This document shows, piece by piece, positions 58,388 to 64,000 of a stretch of DNA of 64,000 bases (position 1 is the stretch's first letter; every line of letters begins with the position of its first letter). The position numbers were made by a program, and so were the translations under genes. This DNA is from Candidatus Dadabacteria bacterium (GTDB lineage: Bacteria; Desulfobacterota_D; UBA1144; Nemesobacterales; CSP1-2): contig CAWDVW010000004.1 of the NCBI GenBank assembly GCA_963805855.1, positions 18,935 through 82,934 of the forward strand. Direction: 5' to 3'. The notes under the pieces were generated by a model. That model did no database searches. It was given only the letters and a program-made list of their open reading frames with translations, and was not told the DNA's origin.

Positions 58388-59212
58388 GTCACTGCGAGAA
58401 ACTTTGTCTCGAACCAATCTCAATTACCAAGAGTCATTCCCAAATGCCTTTACTGGGAATCCACATCCCTCTGTCATTCCCGCGGATAGTAAGCGGGAAT
58501 CCGTTGTTTAATGTTTTATTTTCTTTGTCTTGATACAAAGAAACAAAAATCAAGGGCTGACAAAAAACGCTTGCGTATCGAGCGAATGCGAGATATCTAT
58601 TGCTATAATTAATTAGTTCTCTCAGTCACTTTGCTCCTTCGAGATGACAGTAATGATTGTCACTTTTTTTAACGCTTTCGGAATTGATTTTGGCAATTTT
58701 TTGAATGCCCATTTAGGATCCAAAATACTGTCCCCGAATTACGTGAGATCTCCAATTGCGAGAAAATTCGTTTCGAAGCAATCTCAATTACTACATGTCA
58801 TTCCCGAATGCCTCTATCGGGAATCCACTTCGACGTCATTGCGAGGAGTTTTACCCCGAAGCAATCTCCTGCCACCCCACCTGTAATCGGTGTAGCCTTG
58901 GCGTCGCGATCTCATGCTTTTTTTTTGCGAGGGATTTGTCCCCACCCAAGGTTTTATCCTTCCCTATCCTGAATCAATCGAAGAGCAATGAGTCACCAAC
59001 CATGTAGCGGAGGACTTTAGTCCTCCACTTATGTTCTAATAGATAAGCTTTAGAAGAAAGCTGGGAGAGATCTAAGCTAAAATTAGTCAACAAAAGATTT
59101 GACCCCTAATTTTCTGAGGGAAAGGAGAGCAAATACAGAAATGACTCATTGATTCAAGCCTGCCCCCAGAAATACATAAGGATGTCATTGCGAACTCCTG
59201 CGAAGCAATGTC
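58388..59212 (+). repeat. Cluster of REP-like palindromes
   Basis: GTCATTCCC..GGGAATCC x3 (58433, 58473, 58797); (GTC)A(T/C)TGCGA..GAA(G/C)CAAT x4 (58388, 58755, 58835, 59184); GTAG hairpin at 59004. Confidence 0.8.
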
Positions 59213-59537
59213 CTTCTTATTTCTTCAACGATTAGGATACTTCGACGAAAAGAAAGAAAAGGACAAGAAAGGGGAGGGCGATGATGGAAAAACTAACAGA
59301 GATAACTTAAGAAGCAACGGGGAAGAACAAAGATAGCATATTAGTGTCAATTTGCATGCCTGGCCCCGAGTTTTGCTTATTGTGGGGATCCATATCGGGC
59401 GCCTCCTTTTTTATTTTCTATCCATATAGACGGGGAGATGTGTAAAAAGACGCAGGGGATTTTTTGGTTGTATGCAGAATGTTTTATTTCTTAGAGTCTG
59501 GGGCAGGACAGTTATACTAATTGCAGGAGAAAATTAC

Positions 59538-60380
59538 ATGGCAGATTCGGAACTTAAGAAGGAATATGCATTGAGCGATACCGAGAACGAAAAGAAAAGG
59601 CTCCAGGAGCAGTCCCGGATTATAGTGCAGACGACCCGGAGGATATTCGAGCTCGCGGGGATCAAGAGGGGTATGAAGGTGCTCGAGCTCGGCACAGGGG
59701 TCGGGGACGTCGCGCTTCTTCTCGCAGAGATGGTTGGACCCGAAGGCGAAGTCGTCAGTATAGAGAGGAACCCCGAGATTCAGAAGACGGCGAAACAGCG
59801 TGCCGAGGAAAGCGGCTATAAAAATATCAGGTTCATGGTCGGGGATATAAGCACAACCGAACCCGAGGGGGAGTTCGAAGCTCTCGTCGGACGCGCAGTG
59901 CTGATGTACGTACCCAGGCCGGAGGAAGCACTGAAGATGCTACTGCGTCACGTCAAGCCGGGCGGAGTGGTCGCTTTTCAGGAAGTTGACTTCACTATAC
60001 GCCCTGTCGCGATACCTCCGTTGCCATTATTCATGAAGCTCTGGGACTTGCTGTACGAAACGATGGAAAAGTCGGGGACGGAGATGCAGATGGGGTTCAA
60101 GCTCCTGCCGGTTTATAAAAAGGCGGGGCTGCCCGAGCCCACAATGCACCTCGATGCATTCATAGGCGGGGCGAACTCTCCGGGCATAGATTGGTTTGTT
60201 AGCACGATAAGGAGCCTCGTGCCCATGATGGAGAAGCTGGGGATAACGACCGCTGAGGAATTGAGTATCGATACACTCAAGGAGAGACTTATCGCGGAAG
60301 CGATCGAGAGCGGGTCAACGGACGGGCTGGGGATGTCGAACACCTGGATAAGCGCATGGACGAGGAAGCCTCGCGGGTAG
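59538..60380 (+). CDS. Class I SAM-dependent methyltransferase
   Basis: AGGAG RBS; VLELGTGVGD, VKPGGVV. Confidence 0.85.
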   Translation: MADSELKKEYALSDTENEKKRLQEQSRIIVQTTRRIFELAGIKRGMKVLELGTGVGDVALLLAEMVGPEGEVVSIERNPEIQKTAKQRAEESGYKNIRFMVGDISTTEPEGEFEALVGRAVLMYVPRPEEALKMLLRHVKPGGVVAFQEVDFTIRPVAIPPLPLFMKLWDLLYETMEKSGTEMQMGFKLLPVYKKAGLPEPTMHLDAFIGGANSPGIDWFVSTIRSLVPMMEKLGITTAEELSIDTLKERLIAEAIESGSTDGLGMSNTWISAWTRKPRG

Positions 60381-60766
60381 AGCGGGTTAGATCGGGATCG
60401 TCCCCCCGATTCCTGACAGCGCGTATCGCAAGGTCATGTACTTGTGCCATTTGTTATAAGTATGCATCCTGCTTGTAAGGAAGGATGGGCTATTTAAAGG
60501 CTCACAAACCGACACAGTAACGATATCTCTGCCCTGACGGATCATCATACTGCGGAGGCAATGCCCAAATAAGGCGTGAGCATCGACCCAAGGGCGTTTT
60601 TCTCTCAAAGTACGGACAAACATCCCAGCCAGCTGAAAATCTTTTAACGTTACCCGTATGGCTGGAATAGTTTGGACATATTTATCCTACGATAAGGGTC
60701 GAGACTGGGGTTTTTCAGGTCTGTTGCCGATTGAAAGGCTGAAATCTTGGAAGTAGGAGACCCTAA

Positions 60767-61009
60767 GTGATCTCGGATGATTCTATACGTGTACGATTTC
60801 AACCTCACATACGCAAGCTCATAGAAAGGCGAGCAAGTGAGGAAGATATGTCGATATCGGATTATATACGGTATGCGGTAATGTTGGAGCGTGTTTACTC
60901 GGGTGATACAGAGTCCTATAAAATGATTAGTCTTAGGTTTGCTAGAGGGTTTCGTGAGTGGTTTAATGAGAAAGCTAAGGCGTTTCAAAAGAGGAAAATA
61001 ATGTTATAA
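60767..61009 (+). CDS. Ribbon-helix-helix (CopG-like) protein
   Basis: AGGAG RBS + GTG; IRVRF strand followed by helices ..MSISDYIRYAV. Confidence 0.7.
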   Translation: MISDDSIRVRFQPHIRKLIERRASEEDMSISDYIRYAVMLERVYSGDTESYKMISLRFARGFREWFNEKAKAFQKRKIML

Positions 61010-61046
61010 AAAAAAGGCTAGATAGTGGAGTCATCACTACCCAGCC
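61008..61046 (-). terminator. Intrinsic terminator, minus strand
   Basis: GGCUGGGUAGUG-7nt-CACUAUCUAGCC + U8; fully paired (two G-U) only on the minus strand. Confidence 0.75.
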
Positions 61047-61075
61047 ATGGATTGAAACTATGCAAAACCTTGAGA
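61008..61075 (-). ncRNA. Predicted antisense countertranscript RNA over the rep start
   Basis: Bounded by a minus-strand promoter (61082-61110) and a minus-strand intrinsic terminator (61008-61046). Confidence 0.6.
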
Positions 61076-61422
61076 TTAATAATTATACTCCTTCCCGAAA
61101 ATTAAATCAATCACTTTCTATTGCGTGGGGTGACTGGCTAGAGAAATTCGAGCCTTACGGCTGGTTCGTGAGTGCTACTTTTCTAAGGCAAGTCGAGGAA
61201 GGCTTTGCGGATCGTCAATATGCTCTCTGAATTCGAAAAATCAATACTGCCTTGTTCGGGCGTAGGTTCTCGCAACGTGGCAAGGGTATAACTCACGTTA
61301 AGGCTACAGAGTGGCAAAAAAGGGGTGTCATACATTTTCATATGTTACTCGGTGCGGAGGTTCGGAAATTACATCGCAAAACATGGGAAAACGTATGGCA
61401 AAAGCAATCCGAGCCTTTTTAG
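61060..61422 (+). pseudogene. Rolling-circle HUH replication initiator, disrupted (not in ORF track)
   Basis: WFVSATF (motif I-like) and EWQKRGVIHFHML (HUH); in-frame TGA at 61228; ends before any YxxK motif III. Confidence 0.75.
61082..61110 (-). promoter_or_regulatory. Sigma70 promoter inside the rep 5' end, antisense
   Basis: TTGATT-N17-TATAAT on the minus strand. Confidence 0.7.
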
Positions 61423-61550
61423 TAAAATCTATTATTACTTAATTGGATGAGTAAGGTATACTTATTAGCATCCTGATCAACAAAAAGCTCCAAATCTCTT
61501 TTCAGATCTGATTAGTTAGTTGAGAGACAGCTTAAAGGATGGAGGATGCC

Positions 61551-62423
61551 ATGAATAATGGTTCTCTACATATTTCCGTGCAACGGGGAACAGTTACAAT
61601 ATTATTTCTTATAGCAATATCTTTGGCGAGTACACACCTATACGCCAATGAGTGTCAGACGCAAATTGAGATGGGCGATAAGTATTACGGGCAGTTCGAC
61701 AATGTCGAAGCCCTGAAGGATTATGAAGAGGCTTATAAAATTTGCCCAGAGTCTCATGAAGTGCTTTTTAAATTAACACGTGCTTACAACGACGTTGGCG
61801 AAGATCTTGAGATGGCAGCAGAATCAGATGGTTCAAAATCAGGTGAAGTTGAAGGATATTTTGAAAATGCTATTAAGTATGCAAAGCTCCTGCTAGATAA
61901 ATTTCCTGATGAAGCAACCACTTTTTTCCTATTAGCAGCTTCTCATGGAAACCTTGGACTCTTTAAGGGAGGGAAGGAAGAATTGATTCTTGGAAGAGAC
62001 GTCGAGGAATATGCAATAAAGGCAATAGAGATTGACCCAAATTTCGACCAGGCATACGTTGTTTTGGGGATATATTATCGCGAGGTTGCAAGCTTAAACG
62101 GGTTAAAAAAGGTATATGCTGAGAGCTTCCTTGGGGGATTACCTGGCCGAACACTCGAGGATTCTATACGAGTACTCACGAAGGCGTTAGATTTAAGCCC
62201 AGAGAGTCCTTATGTTCACTATGATCTTGCAAGGACTTACGAAGAATTAGGGAATAAAGAAAAGGCAATTGAACACTATAACAAAGTCATTGAACTTCCT
62301 GCGGTCGATCACGATGATGTAAGAAAAAAATCACTAGCTCAAGATGAAGCTAAGAAATTAAATGCTGCAGATGAGACTTCTGAATCAGCACTCTTGAACA
62401 GTGTCAGAAAAACCAAAAACTAG
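61551..62423 (+). CDS. Secreted TPR-repeat protein
   Basis: Signal-like N-terminus; AIEIDPNFDQAYVVLG, ALDLSPE..HYDLA..LG repeats. Confidence 0.8.
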   Translation: MNNGSLHISVQRGTVTILFLIAISLASTHLYANECQTQIEMGDKYYGQFDNVEALKDYEEAYKICPESHEVLFKLTRAYNDVGEDLEMAAESDGSKSGEVEGYFENAIKYAKLLLDKFPDEATTFFLLAASHGNLGLFKGGKEELILGRDVEEYAIKAIEIDPNFDQAYVVLGIYYREVASLNGLKKVYAESFLGGLPGRTLEDSIRVLTKALDLSPESPYVHYDLARTYEELGNKEKAIEHYNKVIELPAVDHDDVRKKSLAQDEAKKLNAADETSESALLNSVRKTKN

Positions 62424-62560
62424 TGTCAAGCCCCCGAATTTAGGTCCATAAGTTAAGTTAGATTTTTGAGAGAAAATCATCTATGCTGGAGGTCATGAAG
62501 GATAGTTACCTCTGTCGATATTCCCAACTTAACCCAGCTTAACTAAAGGGTAGCAGTGCA
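62424..62560. mobile_element. 137-bp chimeric IS-end remnant
   Basis: First 25 nt are identical to the reverse complement of the IS end at 2836-2860; right end matches the 1820/18945 end family. Confidence 0.7.
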
Positions 62561-62737
62561 ATCTTAAAATTCAATCCCAGATAATGTTGATCGAGATTCT
62601 ATATTCTAGTCGTTTCAGGTATATTTATTCAAATTCAATTTCTAATATTTCGAGTTTTTCATATGCAACCGTAGCAATTTCCGTAGCAATGAAATTAATT
62701 TTAGAATTACCTGTAACCTTCTGTAATCATTTAAAAA

Positions 62738-62775
62738 GCCGCCGTAGCTCAGCGGTAGAGCAGCGCACTCGTAAT
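62738..62775 (+). tRNA. 5' half of tRNA-Thr(CGU), non-functional att-site fragment
   Basis: GCCGCCGTAGCTCAGCGGTAGAGCAGCGCACTCGTAAT: D arm and anticodon loop present, no T arm or 3' acceptor strand. Confidence 0.8.
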
Positions 62776-63034
62776 CCGATTTTACAATCTTCCATAAGCA
62801 CTTGATTCTATTAGTAAGTAGGTGATATTATTGGCTTATATTGAGGTTTTTGAGTGGTCTGGAACTGTTCTATTTGGGCTGGTTTTGGCTGTATTTTGTC
62901 CCGATTTTGTCCCGCATCAAAAGTTATGATGTATTGGCAACAAATACAGCTTGCCTAGAGCTTAATTAAACAGTTACAATTCTTCCCAAAGCAAAATCTT
63001 AAATATTACATAGATAAACTAGGCAAGGATTAAC

Positions 63035-63996
63035 ATGGTTGCAGCTAACGATATCATAATCTTAAATAGTGTTCTCGAACAAAAGCAAAAAGAGTCAGAA
63101 GATTCTATATCCCAGGCTGATTATTTTGAGATTTTCACCTTCGAACAAATTCTAAAGGATTATGATTTATCTTATGATGAGCTATTAATGGGAAGAACGA
63201 GCGGAGGCGATGACGGTGGGTTCGATAGCATATATCTTATGATAAATAATGAATTAGTAACTGAGTCCGTCCTTTCTGAAAACTACAGAAAAAATCCTTT
63301 GATTGAAATATTTCTTGTCCAATCTAAAAAAGAGAGTTCCTTTAAAGAGCAAGCTTTGGACAAGGCGATTTCTTCAATAAAAGAGCTTTTTGACTTAAAA
63401 AAAGATATGAAGGCGTTGAGAAGCTTTTATAATGAGGATGTAGTTGAAAAAATTACACTATTTCGGGAGGCCTACTTAACGCTGGCTTCTAAGCACCCCA
63501 ACCTGAGAATTAAGTTTTTCTATGCCTGCAAAGGAGACACAAATGACATCCATCCAAAGATATCGAACAAGTCCGAGACTCTTAAATCAACGATCCTCGA
63601 TTCATTTTCAGGTTCTAACGTTGAAGTGAATTTTTTGGGGGCGCGGGAATTATTAGACTTATCCAGGATAGAAAAAACATACACACTGCAACTCAAATTT
63701 GTCGAAACCTTTTTCCAAAGGGAAGAAGACTACGTAGTCCTGTGTTCGTTGCCGGATTATTTCAGTTTCGTCACAGACCAAAATGGGAACTTAAGAAAAT
63801 ATATCTTCGATGCAAATGTTAGAGATTTTGAAGGTTTGATAGAGGTAATAAGGATATAATTGACACTTTGAAAAATGAAGATTCTTTGGATTTTTGGTGG
63901 CTAAATAATGGGATTACTATTCTAGCTTCTAAAGCTAGTATCTCGGGGAAAATGATAAATTTAGATGAGCAATACGATGTATGTATGAATACATAA
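63035..63996 (+). pseudogene. AIPR-family abortive-infection protein, frameshifted and truncated
   Basis: DGGFD..QSK N-domain; IFDANVRDF; after a shift near 63847, FWWLNNGITI, then TAA at 63994 before the expected QIVNGxQT. Confidence 0.8.
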
Positions 63997-64000
63997 AAAA

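Noticed and set aside
58644-59007. ORF-track peptides of 80 and 83 aa
   Set aside because: They lie over palindromic repeats with no RBS or motif
58388-59212. Possible CRISPR array
   Set aside because: Repeats are heterogeneous palindromes with irregular spacing, and no cas operon is present
61228-61230. TGA recoding (Trp/Sec) in rep
   Set aside because: Other Trp codons are TGG, host genes use TGA as stop, and the gene is also truncated; a nonsense mutation is simpler
62584-62805. 73-aa ORF
   Set aside because: Spans att repeats and the tRNA fragment; likely spurious

Overview
Bacterial chromosome window with three parts. (1) 1-23.4 kb: a mosaic, partly decayed accessory region. It holds IS3/IS1380 remnants and orphan IS ends, GC-rich cargo blocks (HAD-GH65 fusion, CopB-type ATPase, APC permease, phosphoketolase, USP, DUF2141, RNB nuclease, radical SAM, GT4 + GH130) and an orphan attC-like hairpin. 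(2) 23.5-58.3 kb: intact core genes (PD-(D/E)XK nuclease, M23, rlmB, ligA, polX, macro, Nudix, ssb, glmU, glmS, purD) followed by the str-S10-spc-alpha ribosomal cluster. The cluster lacks rpmD, has a strongly G-skewed tuf and has an L17 with a long acidic tail. (3) 58.3-64 kb: a REP-like palindrome cluster, a methyltransferase, a relic rolling-circle replicon, a TPR protein, a half tRNA-Thr att junction and a broken AIPR defence gene. The replicon is an RHH gene, a predicted ~68-nt antisense RNA with its own promoter and terminator, and a HUH rep pseudogene. Gene content suggests a deltaproteobacterial-type lineage such as Ca. Dadabacteria (inference only). All calls come from reading motifs by eye; no database searches were run.
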